A DNA stretch of 64,000 nucleotides from Amoebidium appalachense. Lineage: Eukaryota; Protista; Ichthyosporea. Below are positions 28,800 through 63,039 of the stretch, in pieces. The stretch is taken from assembly GCA_963693365.1 (NCBI GenBank), contig CAVNZM010000002.1, positions 2,248,259 through 2,312,258 of the forward strand, written 5' to 3'. Under the pieces are notes generated by a model that was not told where the DNA came from, searched no databases, and saw only the letters and a program-made list of their open reading frames with translations. Numbering within the stretch: position 1 is the first letter of the stretch; each line of letters starts with the position of its first letter. Both the position numbers and the translations under genes were made by a program.

Positions 28800-29266
28800 T
28801 GTTGGAAGTAGAGTCCGCTGTGACTAGGGTCGTCGTGGCGCGCTTGGGCGCTGACCCGTTTTTTACTGCTTTCAGTGTGTTAACTCCATGACTGAACTCC
28901 ATGAATAACTCCATCACTGAACTCCATGACTAACTCCATGACTGAACTCCATGACTGAACTCCATGACTTAACTCCATGACTGAACTCCATTTCTGCACC
29001 TGGCAGAGCCGTGGTTTATATACCCGTGGGGCAGCAGTCTGGAATGTAATCCGGATGCCAGGCGCTAATCGGATTGGTTACTTTCATTTAGAGATCTCTG
29101 GGACCAGTGAACCAATCGTTTGCAGTCAAAACACAATTGGCAACATTCCTCAACTATGCAGATGTGCATGTGGTGATCGAGTGTCAGCGTGTGTCTGTGT
29201 ACACGGAACCAATTGTAAAGCTAACATACACATATTGTGGAGTGAGCGTAAGTCTGCACTCCAACA
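28800..29266 (-). repeat. 3' LTR (467 bp)
   Basis: TG...CA termini with a 7-bp inverted repeat. No difference from the other LTR found by eye. Contains TATATAAA (minus strand, 29015-29022) and nine 12-13-bp tandem units at 28882-28991. Confidence 0.95.
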
Positions 29267-29275
29267 CCCCTACCC
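29267..29275 (-). promoter_or_regulatory. Polypurine tract GGGTAGGGG
   Basis: Purine-rich run directly abutting the 3' LTR on the minus strand. Confidence 0.75.
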
Positions 29276-29553
29276 AATTGGAGAAGTGTACACACCACTA
29301 GAGAAGAGAGAGTGAGTGTGGCTACTTGCAGGGTAGACCGGGGTGTGCATTCCACTGTGGTGCTTGCCCCGCCAATGAAGTGGAATACTTGACGTTGATG
29401 TCGCAGGCTGCTGCGGATGGAGTTTGTGGAAGCGAAAGTCTCTACTTCACGGAAATACGCTCGCGGGTGTAGGGTACAGCCTAGAAGTCGGGTTCTGGCT
29501 CCTCCGTTCAAGGCGTCGTAGGGGACGTGAAGTTAGAGGCCGCGGTGTCGTGT

Positions 29554-29568
29554 CTGGGCCCATAACCC
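29554..29568 (-). promoter_or_regulatory. Primer-binding site GGGTTATGGGCCCAG, complementary to the anticodon arm of initiator tRNA-Met
   Basis: Abuts the 5' LTR. The plus strand reads CTGGGCCCATAACCC, the anticodon stem-loop of eukaryotic tRNAiMet. Same PBS type as Drosophila copia (half-tRNA priming). Confidence 0.9.
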
Positions 29569-30035
29569 TGTTGGAAGTAGAGTCCGCTGTGACTAGGGTC
29601 GTCGTGGCGCGCTTGGGCGCTGACCCGTTTTTTACTGCTTTCAGTGTGTTAACTCCATGACTGAACTCCATGAATAACTCCATCACTGAACTCCATGACT
29701 AACTCCATGACTGAACTCCATGACTGAACTCCATGACTTAACTCCATGACTGAACTCCATTTCTGCACCTGGCAGAGCCGTGGTTTATATACCCGTGGGG
29801 CAGCAGTCTGGAATGTAATCCGGATGCCAGGCGCTAATCGGATTGGTTACTTTCATTTAGAGATCTCTGGGACCAGTGAACCAATCGTTTGCAGTCAAAA
29901 CACAATTGGCAACATTCCTCAACTATGCAGATGTGCATGTGGTGATCGAGTGTCAGCGTGTGTCTGTGTACACGGAACCAATTGTAAAGCTAACATACAC
30001 ATATTGTGGAGTGAGCGTAAGTCTGCACTCCAACA
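29569..30035 (-). repeat. 5' LTR (467 bp)
   Basis: Direct repeat of 28800-29266 at offset 769. TATA at 29784-29791; tandem units at 29651-29760. Confidence 0.95.
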
Positions 30036-30357
30036 GGGGTTTGATAGAATGAAAGATGAGATGGAGAGAGAGAGAGAGAGGAGAGAAAAATGGCGAAAGA
30101 GAGATGCCGGGGTGCAAATATTTTACATGGTGCTGATTACAGCTCAGAACCCTTGATATCACAGCAGGGGGGTGGAGAAAAAATTGAGATAGAGAAGACA
30201 GAGAAAGTGGGAGGGTGGAGAGAGAAAGGGGGAGGAGGGAGAGAGAGGGGGGGGAGGGGGGGGGGGGGGGAGAAAGAGGGAGGGATGGAGAGAGAAGAGA
30301 GGGAGAGAGAGGGAGAGAGGAAGAGGGAGAAGGAGAGGGAGAGGGGGGGGGGGGGGG

Positions 30358-30358
30358 G

Positions 30359-30391
<33 letters not shown>

Positions 30392-30392
30392 G

Positions 30393-30485
<93 letters not shown>
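30358..30485. repeat. (GA)n microsatellite within a purine-rich tract
   Basis: Directly visible. Confidence 0.9.
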
Positions 30486-30489
<4 letters not shown>

Positions 30490-30522
30490 AGTGATAATGA
30501 AAGCGAGATAGATAGATAGATA

Positions 30523-30554
<32 letters not shown>

Positions 30555-30761
30555 GCTCGAGAGAGTGAGAAAGAAATGGAGGGAGGGAGGGGGGGGGGGG
30601 GGGAGGGGGGGGAGAGAGAGAGAAAGGGAGAAAGAGTGAGAGAGAGTGAGAGAGACCTAGAGGGAGGGTGGAGGGGGAGGGGGGGGGGGGAGGGAGGGGG
30701 AAAGAAGTTTTAGAGAAACGAGAAGCTTGCAGACAAAAAAAAAAAAGGAATAAACAACCAT

Positions 30762-30810
<49 letters not shown>

Positions 30811-31930
30811 CGCCAAAAAAAAAAACGACCGCCCCAACCTTCCCCCCTTCCCAAATGGATCATATATTAAAGATAAAAGTGGAGATAAAGCACGTAATAA
30901 AAATCGAGAAGGGTAAACAGGTGTTTCCTGAAATGTTTGCTCGCTCACATGCCATCTAACTATGCTCTCCCGTTCTAGGAATCGCACCTTCCCACCGTGT
31001 GTAAACCCCGCAGTGAGTCTCGCACCACTTCTGACGGTCTACTAAATTGCTCTTATAACACCCAACCAAATTGCTCTATTGTAAGAATGTGTGTGATTGG
31101 TTAAAAACGCATCACATTTTTATCCCTTTCTGCTTTTTGATTGGAAAGATTTCAAAATAGATTGCTATATGTGATACATATAGATCTATGCGTGGCTCTG
31201 ATTGGATGGATATTCTTCAGGTTTTGACGCCACGGCTGGCGGCGGGCCCAGGCCGGGCTGCGAGCCGAGCTCGAGTCACACTATGTACACGCAGCTCAAG
31301 GGAGTGCGTAAAACATGCACAAACCGGCAAAGACGCCAAATGGGCAGTGAGCAGCTTTTCGCTACAACATTTTGTTGACGCGCACGATATTCATCTCCAT
31401 GGCCATGTATATACACATCGACACTTCGGCATGTCCAGTTTGTTCTTACTCATTTTTCCTTCACCAAGCTCCTTGGTCACGCCTTTCCGCAGATGGGACC
31501 ATGCTGGACCAACCTGACGGTGTAGCACAATATTAATTGAGTTTACTTTAATTTGTTTCTCTAGACACGCAGTATTGTGGATATCTATCAATCGATTCCA
31601 AAGGTTCTTCGCATGCGGGCCAAGGGGCAGCAGGCAGTAGTCAACTGTTCAGAAAATTAAAATAAGTCGAATGACAACTGTATTACGGTAACGCAATACC
31701 CCAAGCTCGTTTCATTTTTCAAGCCCTCCTGAGTATATGTACTCGTAGAAGTCGACTCTTTTTTATCCAAAGTAAATTGACAACAGCACTGTGTAAACGA
31801 TTTACTAAGCCATCGTATCTTTAAGCTTTCGAGGAGTCTGACGCTGCACACACATCTTCCCAGCTTATTTTTTTTTTCACAATGCGAACACACTAGTATC
31901 ACAACTCAGTCTAGTTAAACGTTGGTGAAA

Positions 31931-36359
<4,429 letters not shown>

Positions 36360-36847
36360 TGCCTGGGACATTGTTCCCAGACGGTTTGGTGTTCTTGTGT
36401 TTTAAATTTGGCAATAATTAGTCTGAGAGCTTGTAGTGCTAACGGTTAGTATTGTTGCCGCTAACTTTAGTGCTCTTTGATACGCAATGTAGTATACGTA
36501 AGTGACCGATGCCCATGGACTTGGGTGGTTTAGCCTGGTAGAGCTTCGGAATCTCAAGAGGAAAGGGCCTTTACTTTGCCAAGAGTTTCAAAGTGATCCC
36601 CTTTTTTTTAGCATACTGAATAATATACATTGGTCATAAGTTCATGTATAATCCTAACGAACGATACGTTGATTCTGATATGCTCTTACGTTCATGGAAA
36701 TGAAACGTCGATCCGGCCATTCATATACAGTTCATGTACTACCAGTCTGAAGGCTATCTAACATAGCTGCTGTTTCAGGACGGCGCCCCAAGCGTGTGGA
36801 ACGGGGAGATTTGCTGTGTATGTGTGTGTGTAGGGGGAAGGGCCGCG

Positions 36848-36883
<36 letters not shown>

Positions 36884-37584
36884 GGGAAGATGGGGTGTAG
36901 GGGGAGGGGGGCTTGGAGAGGGTTACAACAAGTGAGAAAGGAGGGGATGGCGGGAAGCGGGATGAGGGGGTGTTCATGAAGCTCGGATCTAAAAAATTCT
37001 CTGCCTTTCTTCATTCCTCACTTTTTTTGATTCATTCTTTTTTTGTCACATCTTCCGTCTCATGAGCCCCCTCCCCCCCCCCCCCCCCCCCCCCTCCCCC
37101 GGAACGCCCCCCTCCCCCCTCCCTCTCTCCCTCACCTCCCCCCCCCTCACATAGTGCTACAACTACAGCTGCAGACATCGACAGCACATGTCTCTCTAAT
37201 AACACAACACCACGACTTATGTATGTAGCGTGCACACTTGTTCACGAATGCATACCCTCACATGCACGCATGTGTACCTCACGGCTCCTGCATGGACGTC
37301 ATTATCCACATGCACATTTTAGTAAAGAAAGACAAACTGATCATCCACAAAAATTCACTCACACACACTACCACATGCGTACACCTGCCCCTCCCCCTCC
37401 CCCCCCCCCCACACACCATACACACATACGTGCGTGCGCAGCCACGCACGTACAACTGCAAACAGCACATGCACACACAAAACGCAAACGCAAACGCACA
37501 TATACACACGCACGCGCACGCACACACGCGCACGCGTGTGCGTGCACAAACATACACATGCACACACGCACACACGCACACAGT

Positions 37585-37615
<31 letters not shown>

Positions 37616-38453
37616 GGGAGAAATATTGGTGACACCAGGCTGACTCACATACAAGAACCTCGGGAGTAAAAGTGAACAATACCGAGTGTGATACAAGAAA
37701 AGTTAAAAATAGTTAATTCATTCAGTATTTTATGTGCCCACAAATCGCCCAACAAGCAGTATAACAACAGTTTTAAAGATTATCTTTTTGCCGATCAGAT
37801 TCGTGAGCCACCTACACTGTTTGAAAGCATGCCCGGGGCAGGCTCCCAGTCTGCCCAGTTTTCACCTTAATAGAAAGGTTCACTCACAGTCCGAGTCGTT
37901 TTTGCTTCCGAAACACTACCACCCTTTCCAGCCTGTCTCCTTCTTTCGCCGTTCATTCTTTGCTCGCATCTTCCTTCTGGTTCTAATCGCTGACCCCCCT
38001 CCCCCCCCTCCTCCCTCCCCCCCCTCCCCCCCCACCCTCCCCCCCCCCCCCCCCCCCCCCCCGCCCTTCCTCCTGCCCCCATCTTTAATAGCTCCCCCCC
38101 CTCCCCCCCCCTGTCCTTCTTGCTAATCCCCTACCCCCCTCTCCGCAACACACATACACTCCTCCCCCCCCCCCCCCCCCGTCCCCCCCCCCTGCCCCCC
38201 CTTCCCCCCCCCCCCCCCCCCCCTGCTCCCCCTTTTTCCCCTCCCTGCTCTCCCTGCTTCCCTTCCCAAGAGGATTCGTGCTGTCCACAACGCTTCTTCG
38301 TACAATAATTTCTACTGTTTTGTGCCTTAGTGTTGTCCTCCAGGAATAACACTGCCACCACACGTGTACAGCCTTCCTCACACATGGCCATGGCAAGCTG
38401 GTGGAAAGATCTCTACTAACGGGCAAATGAATAGGGATGGGCAGGACATCACC

Positions 38454-38510
<57 letters not shown>

Positions 38511-38944
38511 GGGGGGTGGGGGGGGGAGGCTGTGGAAGGGGAAGAGAGGGTGAAATAGGGAAGATAACTAAAGGTTTCTCGTTTTATTCGTTTGACTCAA
38601 CCAACCTGCTCTCATTTGCTTCTCCATCCCCCTCCCCCCCCCTCCCCCCTTCCCCCCCTCCCCCCTCCCCCCACCCCCCTTTCCCCCCCTCCTCCCCGCG
38701 TTACCCTTCCCACAGAGTTTCTCGAGTCTGCCTCCTGTTTTCTTTATGTGCCCCTATCCCCCCCAGCCCCCCTCCCCCTTCCCCCTCCCCGGCCACGAAA
38801 CCCTGCCTACTTCCTCCCGCCCCCACCACCTCCCCCCCCCCCCCCCCCCCTTAAACCCCACCAAACCTACCAGCTTCCATGCTGCAGCGCTCTTTTCTTC
38901 TCGTGCAGTTGTGTGTGAGGCCCAGCCTGCTGTGTGCTCGCACC

Positions 38945-47139
<8,195 letters not shown>

Positions 47140-47325
47140 GTGGCTTTTCCCCATTGGATGAAAATCACCCGGGGTCATGGATGGCTATGCATCAGCGCTG
47201 GCCTTTTTTTTCACTTAACACTTTTCTTTTTTTGTGTTTTTTCTCCTACTTTTCTTTATCTCTTTTCTTTTTCTTTTTTTTTTTCTTTTATTTTTTTTTT
47301 TTATTTTTATTTTTTTTTTTTGGGT

Positions 47326-47364
<39 letters not shown>

Positions 47365-47557
47365 CTTGATGTGTACTCCCCTCGCAGTGGGGCCTATACC
47401 CGACCTACCCACCCACACCCTCATGTCTTTCCTTTTTCGTATTCTCTTAATTTTTTGAATCCTCTAAGAGAATTTTCTGTCCTACTTGAGCCGTGATATC
47501 AATCACCTTTATCAATTATACAAGGGGTCACGGTTTTCTTCAGAATCAATTGAGAAG

Positions 47558-47592
<35 letters not shown>

Positions 47593-47722
47593 AAAAAAAA
47601 CAGTCAAAAGAGAGAAAAAAATATCACAGAATGCGTTGTTAGGAAAGTTCGGTCCGGAGCCTAGGCCCCAGGAAAACGATTCGTTTTTGGTTAATTTGGT
47701 GGTGTGGCCATAATGAGGTGGG

Positions 47723-47769
<47 letters not shown>

Positions 47770-47777
47770 TGTGTGTG

Positions 47778-47813
<36 letters not shown>

Positions 47814-50800
47814 TAATATGGTATAGCTCATGCTTTTGTATATTTGCAACTCTGAAATGAAAGTGTTAAAGGATGAATGAATGTGTTCATATTTTAGTAC
47901 CTGTACCTACTGAAAGTTTTTACTAATATAGACTGTCGTATGGGAATGAGACGTTATCCATACTGAAACGATCAAAATAAAAGGATGACTGTGTTTTGCG
48001 CACAGTGTGAAATTCTATAAAAGATCATAGCTCTGAGCAGAAGCTAACATTAACATGAAATCCTAAAGCATGCCAAATCCATTCTGTGCCTTCCGTAGTG
48101 ACTTTGCGCCCGACTGCCAATTTCACATCGATTTTGATTGGTAGCTTTTGGCAAGATTGAAACTTATAAGGTTAGTTAATGTAAGAAATATGATTGGTCG
48201 GAACAGACTGAAAAGGTCCATGGAATATTCTATGGTCTGATCGCAAGGAGTTTAAATTTTGTTATCCAATACGAATCAAAAATTTATTGTTTGAAATATG
48301 TATTTGTGGGTCGGAATCCCGGGGCTTCAAATTCTCCGCTAAGATCAGAGCTCTCATAATCATGAGCGCGTGCTGGTGATTGACGGTGTCGGACTTCCGT
48401 TTCCCTTTCTTTACCAAGCCGTGCGTACTACGTATACGGCGCCGGCATGTTTGCGACTGACGGGTGGGGGTTTGCGGTGTGCGGCTGACAGGAAGCTGTT
48501 TCCCCACTTTTCAACATCATACGTGATGTGCGCTGATTTCTTGTGCGGAGACTTTCGGCAGTCCCAAACAGAAAAAGTTTGTAAGCCCCTCACCCAGGCG
48601 TCCCGATCTTACCGAAACCACCAATAAATAGTCACGCAAGGGGAATGCGTATTCTGGGGAGCTTTTTGGGAAGTGTACGGCAAACGAACGTGGCGACATT
48701 GCATTGAATCTCCTCCTCCCCCCCCCCCCCCCCCCCCCCCTCCCCGAGCCTTGGGGAACCCCGTAATAAAGTCTGGGAGTTACATATAAACAAGTACAAT
48801 CATGGGAACTGGGCAGTTCATTGACAAGGGGGAGGCGTGGAAGGGAGGGAGAGAGGGGGAGGGGGTTGGGGGGAGGCGGGCACAAGCATCTCAGGAACCG
48901 GGAAGGGGAAGGCCTTGTGGGGGGCAGGAACTTCTGCAAGCAGATCTGCTTGGTTGTGCGTGCTTTTATGTGAGCAGTATGGGCCCACGGGTGCGGGTGG
49001 GGGAGGAGGGAGGTTTGATTTAACTTGCGCAACACATGTAGCTGCGGTGTCTGTGTGTGTGTGTGTGTGTGTCTGTGTGTGCGCTGTGTGTGGGTGGGTG
49101 GGTGGGTGTGGGTGTGTCTTGTGTGGGTGTGTATGTCTGTGTGTGAGTGTGTGTGTGTGTACATGTGTGAGGATGTGTTTGTGTGTACGCTTGTGTGCGA
49201 AAGGGTGTGTTTATGCCACGGTGTATGTGTGTGTGGGTGGGTTGGTGTGTGTGGGTGGGTGTTCGTGTGGTTGTGGGTGTGTGTGGGTGTGTTGTCTGTG
49301 TTTGTCTGTATGTGTGTGCATGTCTGTGTGTGAGTGTATGCGTGAGGATGTGTGTGTGTGTTTTATGTGTATGCTTGTGTGGGAGTAGTTGTGTTTATGT
49401 GCGTGCATGTGTGTGCGCGCGCAGGCGCGTGTGTGTTACTGGGTGTCTGACTGTGTCTGTGTCTGTGTGTGCGTGTGTGTATGTGTGCGTGTGCGTGTGT
49501 GTGTGCATGTGTGAGTTGTGCATGGGCATGGGCGCGTGTAGTTTTGGGAAAGAGCAAAGGAGGGCGTGTAAGGGCATCAGGTTCGTGACTTGGGTTCACA
49601 ACAAAGAGACTGAACGGCCATTGTATTCGTGTAACCCAGCTCGCTGCCAGAGGGTGACCAATATCGAAAATGCCTGTGCATTGTGATGGAGCAGCACTGG
49701 GCCCTGCGCGAAGCTACACTTGACAGTTACTTGCAATGGTGGCCGTGCTGCAATACGTTCTGAGCGCTAACTGCAGAAACCACACTAACGTGTGCTATAT
49801 ATCATCGTGCAAGTGACCTACTGTACGCGCTACCTACTATGAGGCCACTCAGGTTTGTAAAGGCATATATACTCGCGGAAAGAGGTGGGCAACAGATCTT
49901 ATAACGAGATATAGCATCAGAACACACAGCCTCTAGCTGTACACTAGCTGTACACGCACCACTTACCACAGCTATCACTAGTACTGAAGAGACCAGGTCA
50001 ATGTTTTCCAGCATGTACAGATCATTATACATAAGGCACACGTATGTATTTATAGTCAATCATTACAATATCATAAAGCTTTTGTGGTCGCACTTGGTGT
50101 AATGCTCACAGAAGTCCTTTTTTCGTTTATTCTACACTGCTACAACAAGAGACCGTAACATTTGTACACTTATAAGCGTGATATCTAACCAATCTTTTAG
50201 GCACCGAACATAAATAATGAGCCTGGCAGTTGTAAAAGCGTTAGATTTAGGCTTCTATGAATTATTTATTGAGAAATTACTATTTATAATTATATAATGA
50301 CTTTTGGTTGTGTATTATTGCTCCATCAACGCCATTTTATTTGTTGTTTTGGTACCGACCAGGATCTTTCGACAGCGCAGCCTACTTTATTGAACCAATC
50401 AAAATCGCCAATGCCCAGCATGTCTTAGCGCCAAATTGCAGAGCCGCGGCGCATGATTGGCTACCTAAATGTGACTGGCGGGAAACCTAGTGCGGTTTTA
50501 CCCAATCACCACATTGCAGAACAAAGTTTTCGGAGTGGACTTCCGGGCCCGCCAAACGTGATTAAGCAGCCCATATTATACCGTGTTGTGACACCACCCA
50601 CATATAAACATGCAACCAAAATTGGCAGAGAGTCATATAACCTCATTATCAAGTGGCGTATGTAGGGATTTTCTTGTCCTCCCAAGAATACTTGGCGTAC
50701 CATATTACCTGACTTAGTGAAAAGAGGAAGTGTCACTTCCCGCAGGAGGCGAACAAAACGGCTGCATAGGCCGCTAGATACACTCAAGAAAACCCCCTCT

Positions 50801-51597
50801 GCCAATTTTCAGGCTAGGTTTACTAGTCAAGCAGAAGAGAAACGCGCCGCACTCTTCCAATCTCAGCTAAGAAAACGCCTACACCTCGTTAGATGCTGTT
50901 AGAACCCGCGGCTCTGATTAGCACTCATTAGATCGACACATCTGGCTCATTTATCAAATTAGCTGGCGGTAATTGCGATTGGCTGTTTGTCAGCATTTTA
51001 ATTTATTGTCATTAACCAGTCCCAAAATACCATAAAACGCAGAGGGCGGGTTGCACGGCTAAACCTTAATAAGGGGGATTACACTTTCTCACAATCCAAG
51101 CATGCACGTGCGATTTTTATATTGGCTGGTTGGGGAGGGATGGGGGTCTGTCTCTGAAAAAGGGGTGGTGAGACCAATGAGGGGTCGCCTGCAAGTTGCA
51201 TATATTTGCATATATATGCATATATTGACGTCATATACCATATTTGCATGTATTAGCATATATCATAACAAGTTGCGGGTGACGCCTCTTATGCATGAAT
51301 GGAGCGTAGGCCTCAGTGATCGGCCTCCTGATTTGGGAGCCGGGGAAGGGGGCCGGAAAAAGGGAGGGAGAGGGGGTGGGGGGCAAAGAGAGGAAAGAGA
51401 GAGAGAAAGAGAGGCTGACGGCCTGGTGTCTTAGTCTAAGATATGATGTGTAACGTTTTAAGCTTGAACCCCCCCAAAAAATCGACGTTCCTGAATTAAC
51501 TAAAGTGCTTTTTTCCGTTGTGAGGTGAGTCTTGAATTGTCGAGGCGATCGAAAGGGGTACAAAAGGCAGGAAAAAGCGTACCCAGGGGGGAAGGGT

Positions 51598-51628
<31 letters not shown>

Positions 51629-51714
51629 GGGGGGGGGGTTGGGGAAGGGGGGAGTGGGCAATTATAAAGGTGAGATAATCGATCTACCCCCCCCCCCCCC
51701 CCCCCCCCCCCCCC

Positions 51715-51762
<48 letters not shown>

Positions 51763-51951
51763 AACACCCACTCGCCCGCCCCGTGACAAACAAAAAAAAA
51801 AAAAAAAATCGTGTTCACAGTGTGGGCGGGAAGGGGAAAAAAAAAAAAAAAAAAAACCCCTTTGAAAGGCCAGTGATGGGGAAAATGCATGCCATTGGGG
51901 TTCAGGCTGCAGCCATTCAAAACTGAGAGCAGCCCAGCCCCCCAGCCCCAG

Positions 51952-52036
<85 letters not shown>

Positions 52037-52799
52037 AGTCCCACTCTCCCCACCCACCCACCCGGCACCCACCTTTCCCCGGGTGCACGGCGTTGGCAAA
52101 TCGCCAGAATTCTGCACAGTGTACGTGCTAGCTCACTACGAGACCGTGTACCTACCCACAGCCTAGAGTTGGCGATTCATAGAAGCAATGATTGGGTGGA
52201 TATGAGCCAAAGGGTTCAGAAGAAAATGGTGGTGGGTGTGGCGATATGGTGGCATGGTGGGTGTGTGTGTTGGGCATTGCGATCCTGACCATGCCCCCCC
52301 ACTAGTCAAGATGCATGGATCCCATGACGGTACCAGGTCATGAATGTAGCCATGGTCACACTGTTTACGTCGCAACACAAAATGTGCTTATACCGTAGTA
52401 CTCTGCAGGGGCTCTTCTATCACCGACATATACGTCCACATCTAAACGCGCCGTTTGCACACCCAGTGCCTGTGACGTCACAAAGCTCTGCTTGCAATAC
52501 ACTTATTAAAATAAAATCGCTTTGTGGGGTCTCCATTTTTAGATGCCACGGAAGTACATACACAACACACACTTGCAGAACGACTCGTTTGTGCACGTGT
52601 AAGTCACGGGATTGTTACTTATGAAGTGCGGCACATCGATTATTATGAGCAGAAGGAAGCGGCCGGTAGTAACCCACAGCACTAATTAAAGCTTGCGGTT
52701 TATACTGTATTGTCCAAACAAGAGTTGCTCTGATGCTTTCTAAGACAGCAGCGTGGCTGTGAAGTGTGGACGAGAGTGGGAATAAACAAAACGGCGAAG

Positions 52800-61485
<8,686 letters not shown>

Positions 61486-61686
61486 TGCGGTTGTGAGTGG
61501 CTGAGGCTCTGGGATGATTCCAATTTGGATAGGTGGGTTATGATGGTCTTGTCTTTCTCTCTGCTTCTGCCTGAAGGGCGTCTGTATGTGCTTGACTGTG
61601 GCCCCTTGACACAAGGGTGCTTGTACGCTCAAGTTAGTGCAACCGTGTCTTTGTAATGAGTACGAATGATATTGATCTCCCCTCTC

Positions 61687-61903
61687 TGATCAAGACGGGT
61701 GACCTACCCATGTTCAAGTGAAACAGTATCTGAGTTGGGTTTCGTTAACGAGGTGAATAGGTCGAAACTCGGGTACTGTGGATGACCTGGGCCCCCCCTG
61801 AGGATGGGCTCTGCTTATTATGCATACTCTTTATGTATGGCTTGCATTCTGCATCGTGTTATCCGTTTGTTCTTGTGTACTTCGTACTTTTTGACGCATT
61901 CAA
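61687..61903 (+). repeat. Dispersed structured element, copy B (~200 bp after the DUSP12 stop)
   Basis: Homologous to 46469-46703, with compensatory changes in predicted stems. Also ends CGCATTCAA just before a poly-C run. Confidence 0.85.
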
Positions 61904-61994
61904 ACCCCCCCCCCCCCCCGCCCACACACACACACACAGAGAGAGGCACAGACAAAACATGCATACATGCATGCACACCCCTACAACCCCCCCC

Positions 61995-62025
<31 letters not shown>

Positions 62026-62342
62026 ACATGCGCACACGCACGTGCTGCAGGTCAAAATGTCCCCCCCCCCCTCCCCCCCCTCCCCCCCCTCTCCCCCCCC
62101 CCCTCCCCCCCCCCTCCCCCCCCCCCCCCCCCCACCACCACCACCACTATGACACACCACCACCACAGTATTGCCTAAACATATGGGGCCAACTGCACGG
62201 GTGGGGTTAACATGTTGGCCTCTTGTCTCTATGTACGCAGCAATAGATTATTTTGGACTTGCATGGTTTCACTTGTGATGGTGCTTGTTATCCTTCCTGG
62301 ACGTATAGTTTTCTTGCACTTTTGGTTTTCTTTTCTTCTTTG

Positions 62343-62389
<47 letters not shown>

Positions 62390-62731
62390 TGGTGAATGAA
62401 TGGAAAGCTCCTTTCAGCCCCAATGGTTGAATATCTTCTCTGTATTCCTCAAATGAATAGCTAGTGCAGTTGCAAGTTGTATGTAAATGTGTAACAGACT
62501 GAGTTTCAGGGAGCGGAGAAGTGAGAAGACAATGAAACTTAGCCCAGTGGCTTGTAAGAGGGCAGGTTTTCAAACGTAAGAATCGATGAATGCTCCTGGT
62601 AAGAAATAAAGGAGAAATAATGCACTGCTGGTTGAAAGATCTTACGAATACCTCAGCACGCGCGAGTGCGCACATACACACACATGTACACGCAACATAC
62701 AACCACACACGCACACACGCACAACATATAA

Positions 62732-62769
<38 letters not shown>

Positions 62770-63039
62770 TCCTATCTAGGCCTGGATGTACAAGCACTCA
62801 CACACATGACGGACATATCGAATCTGGGTGTGTCTGCACACACAGCACACACACGTGCATGGGCACGCACAGACCGTGTGTGTGTGTGTGTGTGCTTGCG
62901 TGCACGTGGTGGTTTGTGTGTGTTGTCGATCAAATTGTTTCAGACAGTATATATTTCTCCCCCCCCCCCTTCCACACCTCCACCACCACCACCACCAAAA
63001 AAAAAAAAAAAAAAAGAAAATGAATGAAGCCTTGTGTTT

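Larger units (their letters stand above)
28800..30035 (-). mobile_element. Intact non-autonomous miniature LTR retrotransposon (TRIM-like, Copia-derived), 1236 bp
   Basis: Two 467-bp direct repeats (28800-29266, 29569-30035), each TGTTGGA...TCCAACA. 5-bp TSD GGGGT at 28795-28799 and 30036-30040. The 302-bp internal region carries a PBS and a PPT on the minus strand. No intact gag/pol. Confidence 0.95.

Noticed and set aside
29554-29568. tRNA-Met gene
   Set aside because: Only the 15-nt anticodon arm is present, with no D/T arms or acceptor stem; it is the PBS.
28800-30035. Direct repeat as an assembly duplication
   Set aside because: TG..CA ends, TSD, PBS and PPT all fit a real LTR element.
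28977-30156. 112-aa and 136-aa ORFs (MTELHFCTWQ...)
   Set aside because: They lie within the LTRs, antisense to the element, and start in the tandem repeat; no gag/pol similarity.
50439-50916. 11-bp inverted repeat CAGAGCCGCGG as hAT/MITE termini
   Set aside because: No flanking TSD and no inward extension; compatible with chance.
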